Positions 36,590-45,329 of a stretch of 58,146 bases of DNA are shown piece by piece. Numbering within the stretch: the stretch's first letter is position 1; every line of letters starts with the position of its first letter. This DNA is from Patescibacteria group bacterium (lineage in GTDB: Bacteria > Patescibacteriota > Patescibacteriia > 2-01-FULL-39-33). Location: the NCBI GenBank assembly GCA_041645075.1, contig JBAZQS010000004.1, positions 1 to 58,146 on the forward strand, written 5' to 3'. A program made the translations under genes and the position numbers. The notes beneath the pieces are model-generated. The model ran no database searches, was not told the DNA's origin, and saw nothing but the letters and a program-made list of their open reading frames with translations.

Positions 36590-37692
36590 TTAATATTGAT
36601 GATTTCTGATTTTAAATTCATTCTTTTTAAAATTTCCTCAATTTCAATTTTATCCTTAACAATTTGCGGTTGGCCATAATCATAAATATGAATAGGAATA
36701 ATTTCTATTTTTTCTAAATTTTTATCTTTAAAATAGGCCTTGGCAATCGCGCCTTGCTGGGTTTCCCGCGACCACATCTGGTCAAAAACCAAATTGCCGA
36801 GCGAATATAAAATCGGCTTGCCCTGGTAAATTTCCGTGGTCTGGACCCAATGCGGATGATGGCCAATGACCAAATCCGCGCCCGCGTCAATTACGGCATG
36901 AGCAAAGTCCTTTTGCTGTTTATTCGGCGAGGCGATATATTCGGTTCCGGCGTGCATTTCAACGATTAAAATATCCACTTTCTTTTTAAACTCGCTCACA
37001 TCTTTTTTCGCTTGCTCAATGTTCATGTTAGCGATGCCCGCCACGCTGCCAGTCGCCACATACAAATCAGCCAGATAGCCGTAGCCCAAAAAACCAAACT
37101 TAAAGCCATTGGCTTCTATAATCTTGCCTTGACGCGCTTCGGTAAAATTTTTGCCCGCGCCCACATATTCAATCTGATTTTTTGCCAATAGATCAAAAGT
37201 ATCTAACATGCCATTCTGCCCCTTATCGCCAAAATGATTGTTGGCTAAGGTTATTAAATCAATGCCCGCGTCTTTTAATCCGCTTATAGCTTTCGGGTCG
37301 GCGTTGAAAGCAAATGAGCCGGTGAGCACGGTGTGGTCGCCGCCGTAAGTGAACGGCGATTCCAAATTAACGGCCGCGATATCAGCGTCCTTAAAAATTG
37401 AGGCCACATTTTTAAACGGCCAAAAAAAATCCTGATACTTAACCATTTTCTGGCCCACCACCCGCGACAGCATCACATCGCCGCCGAAAACCAAGGTGGT
37501 TTTTTTCGGCACAACAGGCGCGGGTGATAATTTATTGGTGGAGGTCGGCGCCAATTCATTTTCGCCCAAAATCTTTTCCGCGATTTTTTGAGTAGCCGCG
37601 GGCGCGTTAATAACTTTTACCGCCCAAAAAATCCCTAAAATTATGATCAGGGCCAACGCCAGCCAAAAATAAATTTTTTTATTGATTTTCAT
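36586..37692 (-). CDS. CapA-family (PGA_cap metallophosphatase-like) exported protein
   Basis: Signal anchor, GGDVMLSR, NLESP, ANNH and GHHPH motifs. Confidence 0.75.
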   Translation of the reverse strand: MKINKKIYFWLALALIIILGIFWAVKVINAPAATQKIAEKILGENELAPTSTNKLSPAPVVPKKTTLVFGGDVMLSRVVGQKMVKYQDFFWPFKNVASIFKDADIAAVNLESPFTYGGDHTVLTGSFAFNADPKAISGLKDAGIDLITLANNHFGDKGQNGMLDTFDLLAKNQIEYVGAGKNFTEARQGKIIEANGFKFGFLGYGYLADLYVATGSVAGIANMNIEQAKKDVSEFKKKVDILIVEMHAGTEYIASPNKQQKDFAHAVIDAGADLVIGHHPHWVQTTEIYQGKPILYSLGNLVFDQMWSRETQQGAIAKAYFKDKNLEKIEIIPIHIYDYGQPQIVKDKIEIEEILKRMNLKSEIINIK

Positions 37693-37792
37693 GCTACTTT
37701 AAGTCCAGAATCTAACCTATTTATAACATAAATTTAAAAAATTTAAATCCCCGTCCCGACATTCGTCGAAACGGGGAATATTTTTATTCTTT

Positions 37793-40700
37793 TTAACCAC
37801 ACCACTCCCTGGCATTCTGAAACATTTTAAGCCAAGGCGAGGCCTTTAAATCATTTTTCCAATTCTCGGACATATAATGCCACTGCCATTTTAGGAACGC
37901 GCGTTCCGGATGAGGCATCATGGCCAAATGCCGGCCATCACGCGAGCAAAGAGCGGTAATACCATCGGGCGAACCGTTGGGATTAAACGGATATTTTTCC
38001 GTTGCCATCCCACATTCGTCAACATAAACCAGCGGCGTCAAATATTCACTTTGGATGGCGTCAAGCAATTGAGCGTCTGGACAGAATAAACGCCCCTCGC
38101 CATGCGCCACCGGAATACCCAGCACCGAATTTTCCAGGCCCTTAAGCATAATGGCCGGACTGGGCAGGATTTTGACGGTTGACCAACGCGATTCAAAACG
38201 TTGAGATAAATTACGAATGAATCGCGGCTGATCCTCTTCGGCCAAACCCTTAAATGGTACCCAGCCGAGCAAAGCCATTAATTGACAGCCGTTACAAACC
38301 CCGAGCGAGAAAATATCGGGCCGTTCGTAAAAGCCGTCAAACATTTCCTTTAATCGTGAGTTGAATTTCACCACGCCGGCCCACCCCTTACCGCTGTCCA
38401 AAACATCGGCATAGGAGAAACCACCGACAAAAACCACGCCCCGGAATTGATCAAGGGTGGTCACGCCGGCAAGCAGGTCGGTCATAGTAACGTCCCAAGG
38501 TTCAAAACCGGCCGCAAAAAAAGCTGAGGTCATTTCACGGTCGCCATTACTGCCCTCCTCACGAACAATTGCCACCTTTAGTTTTTTTCCGCCAAACACG
38601 GCAAAATTGGTCGGCTGGGGCGTAAAGCTCAAAAAGTAAACTGAATTATCCCAGCCATGGCAGCGAGCCTGCTCTTTGGCCACGACTGGATTCATTTGTT
38701 CTTGTTCTAATTGGTCGCTGGTCGCTTCCCACCAATTCAGCAACTCCGAAGTTTCTCTGGCCAATAACGTATTACCATTTTGGCGAATGACCACCTTTTT
38801 TAGTAAGGTGGTTTTTCCCAAAATTGCAAAGACTAATCCTTTTTGCGCCAAAATCTGCTTAATGATTTTCTCGTTTTGGGGCAAGTATTCAATCACCCAG
38901 CCCACTTCCTCGGAAAACCATTTGGCAAACGAATTAATCCCGCTACGCAAACCGAGATTCACGCCGCAGTTTCCGGCCATGGCCATTTCCACCACCGTGG
39001 TAATCAACCCGCCATCACTGCGGTCATGCTGGGCCAGAATCAAATCCTCCTCAATCAAAGTTTGAATCGCCTTAAACGCTTCCGCCAAATATTGTTCATC
39101 CCAAACATCCGGACAATCATCGCCGATCTGACCCAAGGCCTGCGCCAAAGCCGAACCGCCCAAACAATTATGGCCACCGGATAAATCAATCAGCATTAAC
39201 TTGCTTTTGCCAGGATATTTGATATCAGGCGTCACTTTTTTGGTAATATTGGGCATGGTGACATAGCCGCTCACCACTACTTGGCCCGGCGCTTTCACAA
39301 TTTGGTCGTCAACTTTGGCGGCCATAGTCAAACTGTCTTTGCCGCCATCCGCGGCAATGCCCAGCTTAATCATTAAATCGCGCAAGGCCACGGCCGCATC
39401 ATACATTTCCGGCCCCTCGCCTGGTTGTTTGGCGGCCCACATCCAATTGACCGAACATTTAATATCGGACAAGGAAGTGATTAACGCCGAGGCCATATTG
39501 GTCAACATTTCGGCCACGGCCATGCGCGCGCCGGCCCGGGGATTGACCAACATTTTAATCGGCTGTTCGCCAATGGCAATGGCCGCGCCGCTTTTGTCAA
39601 AATGACTTTGCGCCACGACAGCCACGTCGGCGACCGGCAATTGAAGCGGCCCGCAACATTGTTGTTGGGCAATAAGCCCAGTCACGCTGCGGTCCACTTT
39701 TCTCACCAGAAATCCTTTGGACCCGACCGAGGGCAAATGGAAAACTTTTTCCAGGGCCTCGCCAAAAGTCAGGGATTCTGGAATAACGAGCGGTTTTAAA
39801 ACCCGCTTCACGCGATTGGCTGTGAAAGTTTTTTTGGGCATTTGGTCTAAAATTTTTTTCAGGTCAAGGTCAACCGGCGTGGAATCATCTTGACTGTCAT
39901 AAACCGTAATTTTCCCATCACCGGTAATTTCACCCAACACTTCGCAATTGACTCGCTCACGACGGCAAATGGCTTGAAACTGCTCAAGCCAAATTGGATA
40001 AATAAGTAGCGCGTTTCTCTCCTGATACTCGGCGCTCCAAATTTCCAAAACCGACAAAGTTTTATCGCCAATGATAATTTTTCTGATATCAACACGGCCG
40101 CCGGCCGGATTGACTAATTCGGTCAACACGTTACACGGCCCGCCCGCGCCTTGGTCATGGATGCTTAAAATCGGATTCCGGTCACCCATTTCAATACAAG
40201 CGCGGATGACCCGATTCATTTTTTGTTCCATTTCGGCATTGCCGCGCTGAACCGCGTTGAAATCAAGCGCCGCTTCATTGGCGCCGGAAATCATGCTGGA
40301 AGCGGCGCCCCCGCCCACACCAATGCGATAAGCCGGACCGCCGATTTGGACAATCACCATGCCTTGGGCCGGCTCTTCTTTTTTCAAGTGGCGATGGTCA
40401 ATTTGACCGACACCGCCCGTGAACATAATCGGCTTAAGCCATTCACGACGCTCACCGTTCGGCAGAGTTATGCCGAAAGTTCTGGTGAAACCCTGGATGA
40501 CCGGTTCGCCGAATTCATTGCCATAACGCGACGCGCCATTGCTTTCCTCAATGAGGATTTTGCGAGGCAATGCCAAGTTGTAGGGATAATTCCAACCCGC
40601 CACTTCGCCGGGAATCGGATAATCGGCCAGATTTAAATTGCCCACGCAATAACCGGCCGTGCCCGCGATTACCAAACCGCCGCGACCGGTGGCTTGAATA

Positions 40701-41611
40701 TCGCGAATCCGTCCGCCCGTGCCAGTTTGCGCGCCCGGTTCAGGCGCCACCCCGCTCGGGAAGTTGTGTGTCTCCGCGGTAAAGATAATATCGTAAACGC
40801 AATGCCTGAATCCAAGTTTTGAGCATGTCCCTGGTAAAGTCGGCAAAATTGTCCGAACATCGCAACCGGAAATAGCGCTGGAGTTGTCGCAAAAGGCCAA
40901 CACGCTGTTGCCGGGATTGGCCTTAAGCGTTAACATGATAATTTCAAACAAGGTCTCGGACATCTTTTGGCCGTCAAAAACCATTTGGCCGCGGAAATAT
41001 CCATGGCGGCAATGTTCGCTGTTAGCCTGGCCCAGTTGGAAGCATTCCACGTTGGTCGGATTGCGGCCCAAATCTTTGACGAATAGGTTGTAATAATAAT
41101 TCACATCCCACTCATCCATGCCCAAACCCATTTCCCGGTTTATTCTTTGAAGCGCGCTAATGCCTCGCTCTATTAGTGGCACCTGATAAACTTGTTCCGG
41201 CGCCAATCCGGTTTCAAAATTTTCCAGCGGCCGCGGATAAACCGTTTCGGTCATCCGATCGTGATTTTCCGCGATAAATTGTTCCGCCGTCTCTTGAAGG
41301 TTGGGCGGCAAAACCAATCGCCGTGAACGCTCAAGGCGTAGAACTTTTTTCAAGCCGCAAGCGTGGCAAATAGAAACCGCGTTACTGGAAAAGGCAGTTT
41401 CAAAATTCAGCCGCGGCCCAATTTCCACAATCGGCCCGCCTAATCCCGCCCGCTCCAGAAACGGCCGTGGAGCAAAATTTTCCGGCTCAAAAGTTTCCGC
41501 CAAAAGCCATTTTAATATGGCCAACTCCTCGGCGGTAAGCGGCGAACTGGTTTCAATGTTGAAACAGTGCTCAAATCCACCATTAATTCTTCGATAAAAT
41601 CTTTCCATCAC
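37793..41611 (-). CDS. purL: phosphoribosylformylglycinamidine synthase, large single-chain type
   Basis: 1272 aa with a PurS-like N-terminus, duplicated AIR-synthase-like core and C-terminal glutaminase (GVCNGCQ, HPE). Visibly G+C-richer than the backbone. Confidence 0.9.
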   Translation of the reverse strand: MMERFYRRINGGFEHCFNIETSSPLTAEELAILKWLLAETFEPENFAPRPFLERAGLGGPIVEIGPRLNFETAFSSNAVSICHACGLKKVLRLERSRRLVLPPNLQETAEQFIAENHDRMTETVYPRPLENFETGLAPEQVYQVPLIERGISALQRINREMGLGMDEWDVNYYYNLFVKDLGRNPTNVECFQLGQANSEHCRHGYFRGQMVFDGQKMSETLFEIIMLTLKANPGNSVLAFCDNSSAISGCDVRTILPTLPGTCSKLGFRHCVYDIIFTAETHNFPSGVAPEPGAQTGTGGRIRDIQATGRGGLVIAGTAGYCVGNLNLADYPIPGEVAGWNYPYNLALPRKILIEESNGASRYGNEFGEPVIQGFTRTFGITLPNGERREWLKPIMFTGGVGQIDHRHLKKEEPAQGMVIVQIGGPAYRIGVGGGAASSMISGANEAALDFNAVQRGNAEMEQKMNRVIRACIEMGDRNPILSIHDQGAGGPCNVLTELVNPAGGRVDIRKIIIGDKTLSVLEIWSAEYQERNALLIYPIWLEQFQAICRRERVNCEVLGEITGDGKITVYDSQDDSTPVDLDLKKILDQMPKKTFTANRVKRVLKPLVIPESLTFGEALEKVFHLPSVGSKGFLVRKVDRSVTGLIAQQQCCGPLQLPVADVAVVAQSHFDKSGAAIAIGEQPIKMLVNPRAGARMAVAEMLTNMASALITSLSDIKCSVNWMWAAKQPGEGPEMYDAAVALRDLMIKLGIAADGGKDSLTMAAKVDDQIVKAPGQVVVSGYVTMPNITKKVTPDIKYPGKSKLMLIDLSGGHNCLGGSALAQALGQIGDDCPDVWDEQYLAEAFKAIQTLIEEDLILAQHDRSDGGLITTVVEMAMAGNCGVNLGLRSGINSFAKWFSEEVGWVIEYLPQNEKIIKQILAQKGLVFAILGKTTLLKKVVIRQNGNTLLARETSELLNWWEATSDQLEQEQMNPVVAKEQARCHGWDNSVYFLSFTPQPTNFAVFGGKKLKVAIVREEGSNGDREMTSAFFAAGFEPWDVTMTDLLAGVTTLDQFRGVVFVGGFSYADVLDSGKGWAGVVKFNSRLKEMFDGFYERPDIFSLGVCNGCQLMALLGWVPFKGLAEEDQPRFIRNLSQRFESRWSTVKILPSPAIMLKGLENSVLGIPVAHGEGRLFCPDAQLLDAIQSEYLTPLVYVDECGMATEKYPFNPNGSPDGITALCSRDGRHLAMMPHPERAFLKWQWHYMSENWKNDLKASPWLKMFQNAREWCG

Positions 41612-41755
41612 TCCCTCGCTTTCTTTAAATTGGTCTTAAATTTTCAAGGTTCTTGGCCTTATCTAAACATAGGCCAACTAAAAAGTCAATCAATAAACAA
41701 AAATAGAAACGAGAATTAACTCATCTCTATTGCTGATTTTAAAAATTATTTTGAA

Positions 41756-42382
41756 TTAATTTCTTATTAATTTTCTCTGCCTCAAATGCCGATAAACATA
41801 AGCGGCAATGGCCAAAATAATCAAAGCCGCGATGAGTAAATCAAAATTATGCAATTTTTCTCTAATCAGCGCCCAATTATTTCCCATCTTCACTCCCAGC
41901 CAAGCAAATAAAATGCTCCAAGGCAGGGCGCCGATAAAAGTATAAAAAGAAAATTTCTTAATGTCCATTTTTGCCACGCCCGCCGGAAAAGAAATATAGG
42001 TCCTGACCACCGGCAATAATCGGCCGAAAAAAACCGTGGCCTCGCCGTAATTTTTAAACCATCGGTCGGCCAAATCCAGGTCATGTTTGGAAATCAAAAT
42101 ATATTTGCCGTATTTATCCAAAAGCGGCCGCCCGCCTTTGTGGCCAAGCCAATAAGCCAAAAGTGAACCGGCTAAATTTCCCATGGTCCCGACAAAAACA
42201 ACGGGCCAAAAGCCCATTTTTCCCGCCACCACCAAAAAACCGGAAAAGGGCATTATGACTTCCGAGGGCATGGGAATACCGGCGCTTTCCACCAGCATTA
42301 ATAAAAATAATCCGGCATAGCCGGTGGCCTCAATCACCTTAACCACGATATTGGCGAGAAAGTTGATGAGAGTGAAAATCAT
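41756..42382 (-). CDS. DedA-family membrane protein
   Basis: VESAGIPMPSE and FFGRLLPVVRTYISFPAG motifs. The start is moved to Met44 of the track ORF (ATG at 42382), because the longer form overlaps the divergent gene. Confidence 0.7.
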   Translation of the reverse strand: MIFTLINFLANIVVKVIEATGYAGLFLLMLVESAGIPMPSEVIMPFSGFLVVAGKMGFWPVVFVGTMGNLAGSLLAYWLGHKGGRPLLDKYGKYILISKHDLDLADRWFKNYGEATVFFGRLLPVVRTYISFPAGVAKMDIKKFSFYTFIGALPWSILFAWLGVKMGNNWALIREKLHNFDLLIAALIILAIAAYVYRHLRQRKLIRN

Positions 42383-42421
42383 AATTAGATGTTGGTAATT
42401 AACCTTTTTATTATAGCATAT

Positions 42422-42439
42422 GAGATGGTAATTTATCTC
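42422..42439. repeat. GAGAT-family mini-hairpin between divergent genes
   Basis: GAGATGGTAATTTATCTC. Confidence 0.4.
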
Positions 42440-42490
42440 AGACCGGATCCCATCTTCCAAAAAAACGAAAAAAATGCTAATATATAGCAT

Positions 42491-44080
42491 ATGAGTATCC
42501 CCACCAATCAAATAGAATGGCTGTTAGATATCTATGGCCATGATGATGGAAAGCGCGCTCCCAAAGATGTGGAAAAAATAAATCTGAGCCAGCTTATTTC
42601 CAAGCTCGGTTTTTTCTATGAAAAATTCCGAAACGCCATTGATTATAATGAGGAGCATCTGGTGCGACGCAATTCTTTAGAAAGATTTTTGCGGCGCCAT
42701 ATTTTATTTTTACAGGAAAAAAGGCCGCAAAAAATCAGCGAGTCGCTGATTAATGAATTCATCCGCGCCAGATATCTACCCAATGATACTCTGCCGGAAA
42801 CCGTCATCAATGAAATCGCCACCACCTTAGAAAAATATCTGATTATCATCAGCTACGTGAACGGCCATAAATTAAACAGCGCCGGCCAATTAACCGATTG
42901 GCTGGTCAGCATCGGCTCATGCGAAATTGACGAACAATTGATTCCGATGGAAAAAGAAATGGCCATGGTGAATTTTATGTATTCCCATTTGGTTGATAAT
43001 CTGACTTTTTTAAAAACTAACATTGAAGAAAAAGAAAAAAATCTGCAAATATATATCGCCACTCTGCGCACCCTGCTCAAGGCCGACCCCGCTACTTTGC
43101 GCTATCGGCTCTTAAAACTCTATCTGCCCAACTGGAACCGATTGGACCAAGAGGGCATTAGGGAATTTTTAGGCAATATTGACCTTATAAAAAATAAAAT
43201 TGAGGCGCATCTTAGGCATCCGATCGGTTTTCAATTGGCCCATACCGCCCGCGGCCAATCCGTATTTTTTACGATTCTCAAAGAAGTGATGCAAAAAAAT
43301 CAGGCGCCATTGCCGGAAATTTTCAACGACCCGGAAAAATTGGCAAAAACCGTGGAAGAGGTCTGCCTTAATAATTATCATCGCATCAGAGGCAAACTCA
43401 TCGGCAGCATATCCAGGGTGATTATTTATATTCTCTTTACTAAAACAATCTTGGCTTTTATTCTTGAACTGCCTTACGACTATTTTATTGTCCAGCAAGT
43501 AAATTGGCGCGCTTTGGGCATTAATGTCGCTTTCCATCCTCTCTTAATGTTTTTCGTGGCCATGACCATACGGGTGCCGGGCGCCAAGAATACCCAAATC
43601 ATCATCCAGGAGATAAAAAAAATCGTCTATGGCGAAGAAAGAAAAATTCTTTTCAAGGCCAAAAAATTAATGAAAATCGGATCGGTTAGCTACCTAATTT
43701 TTAATACGCTCTATGCCATTATGTTTGCCATTTCCTTTGGCATTGTGGTTAGCGCTTTGAAAATGCTGCATTTCAATATCTTAAGCGGTATTTTATTTAT
43801 TTTCTTTTTAACCATCGTCAGCTTCTTCGGCTTCCGCCTGCGCAATTATGCCAAACAGCTTTCGGTTATTCCCCGAAAAGATAATTTCCTCAACTTTGTC
43901 GCCGATTTTTTAAGCTTGCCCATTATCCGCGTCGGCCAATTTTTCTCCACTAATTTTTCCAAAATAAATATCTTCCTTTTCATTCTGGACTTTATCATTG
44001 AAACGCCGTTTAAAATGCTGGTGGAATTCTTGGAAAAAGCGGTTTCTTTTATTAGGGAAAAGAGGGAAGAGATAGAATAG
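42491..44080 (+). CDS. hypothetical protein, soluble N-terminal half plus multi-TM C-terminal half
   Basis: 529-aa ORF with no recognised motif. Confidence 0.5.
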   Translation: MSIPTNQIEWLLDIYGHDDGKRAPKDVEKINLSQLISKLGFFYEKFRNAIDYNEEHLVRRNSLERFLRRHILFLQEKRPQKISESLINEFIRARYLPNDTLPETVINEIATTLEKYLIIISYVNGHKLNSAGQLTDWLVSIGSCEIDEQLIPMEKEMAMVNFMYSHLVDNLTFLKTNIEEKEKNLQIYIATLRTLLKADPATLRYRLLKLYLPNWNRLDQEGIREFLGNIDLIKNKIEAHLRHPIGFQLAHTARGQSVFFTILKEVMQKNQAPLPEIFNDPEKLAKTVEEVCLNNYHRIRGKLIGSISRVIIYILFTKTILAFILELPYDYFIVQQVNWRALGINVAFHPLLMFFVAMTIRVPGAKNTQIIIQEIKKIVYGEERKILFKAKKLMKIGSVSYLIFNTLYAIMFAISFGIVVSALKMLHFNILSGILFIFFLTIVSFFGFRLRNYAKQLSVIPRKDNFLNFVADFLSLPIIRVGQFFSTNFSKINIFLFILDFIIETPFKMLVEFLEKAVSFIREKREEIE

Positions 44081-44094
44081 TTTTTCCTGAAATA

Positions 44095-45315
44095 TTATTT
44101 TAATTTCACAAATTGTTTTTTGCCTCTTTGTAAAATCATTTCCTCTTTAATTTCAACTCGCAAATCAATACTGTTGATTAATTCATCATTAATTTTTATG
44201 GCGCCCTCTTTTATAAGACGGCGCATTTCGTTGTTGCTGTTGGCTAAACCGGCTAAGACAAATAAATCCAAGACGCCGATTTTACCCTTATTCAATTTAT
44301 CTTTATTAATTCTTACTTCTGGAATTTCAACTGGTTTTTGGTGTTCCTGAAAAACCCGTTTGAAATTTTCTTCAGCTTCTTCCGCCGCTTTTCCGCCCAA
44401 ATAAATTTTTACCGCCTCATAAGCCAATTTCATTTTTATATCGCGCGGATTAACCAGGCCCAAGGCCAGCTGGTCTTTGACTTCCAGCAAGGTCTCTTCC
44501 GAAATATCGGTTAAAATCTCAAATGAAGGCATAATCCTTTCATCGGGCCAACTCATTATTTTGCCGTACATATCGGCTGGCGAATCAACCAAAGTAATCG
44601 CATTACCCTCGGACTTGCCCATTTTTTTGCCGGTTGGGTCTTCAAGAAGTTTCATGGTAAGGACAAATTTTTCTTTATTTTTCATTTTCTTCATCAGGGT
44701 GCGGCCGGCCAGCATATTAAAGGTCTGGTCATTGCCGCCAATTTCCATATCCACATCCATGGTCACACAGTCATAGGCCTGAAAAATCGGATACAAAAAT
44801 TCATGGACATGGATTTCTTTGCCCGCTTTAATTCTCTCCTGAAACATATCTCTTTCCAATAATCGGGAAACGGTAAAATAAGAAGCGAGTTCCAACATAT
44901 CGGCCGGCTTCAGTTTATTGGTCCATTTTTCATTATGCAAAAAACGGATATTGGATTTAGTGGTGTCCAAAATCTTGCCAATCAATTTTTTGTAATCTTT
45001 AGCATTATTTAAAACCTGCTCTCGGCTTAGTGGCTGTCGGGTAGACAATTTATCGGTGGGATCGCCAATAGTCGCGGTGAAATCGCCGATTAAAACAATC
45101 ACTTCGTGCCCCAGGTCCTGAAATTGCCGCAACTTTCTCAAGACCACCCCATGGCCGAGATGAAGCTGGCCCGTGGGGTCAATGCCATTATAAATCCGCA
45201 ATTTCTTGCCAGACATTAAGACATTTTTAAGCGACTCTTTGTCGGGATACACATTTTCCACGCCGCGAGTTAAAACTTTTTCAATTTGTTTTTCGTCGGT
45301 GATTATTTTTGACAT
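44095..45315 (-). CDS. tyrS: tyrosine--tRNA ligase
   Basis: HLGH (HIGH) and KMGKS (KMSKS) motifs and a C-terminal S4-like domain. Confidence 0.9.
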   Translation of the reverse strand: MSKIITDEKQIEKVLTRGVENVYPDKESLKNVLMSGKKLRIYNGIDPTGQLHLGHGVVLRKLRQFQDLGHEVIVLIGDFTATIGDPTDKLSTRQPLSREQVLNNAKDYKKLIGKILDTTKSNIRFLHNEKWTNKLKPADMLELASYFTVSRLLERDMFQERIKAGKEIHVHEFLYPIFQAYDCVTMDVDMEIGGNDQTFNMLAGRTLMKKMKNKEKFVLTMKLLEDPTGKKMGKSEGNAITLVDSPADMYGKIMSWPDERIMPSFEILTDISEETLLEVKDQLALGLVNPRDIKMKLAYEAVKIYLGGKAAEEAEENFKRVFQEHQKPVEIPEVRINKDKLNKGKIGVLDLFVLAGLANSNNEMRRLIKEGAIKINDELINSIDLRVEIKEEMILQRGKKQFVKLK

Positions 45316-45329
45316 AAATATAAATTAAT

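Noticed and set aside
41612-41755. Possible purine or ZTP riboswitch upstream of purL
   Set aside because: Only a simple hairpin (TTGGCCT..AGGCCAA) is present. None of the conserved purine-riboswitch or pfl/ZTP core sequences that I remember is present.
42383-42511. N-terminal 43-codon extension of the DedA ORF
   Set aside because: The extension overlaps the divergent gene's start and the intergenic hairpin, and has no DedA homology by eye. The internal Met with a hydrophobic N-terminus fits the family.
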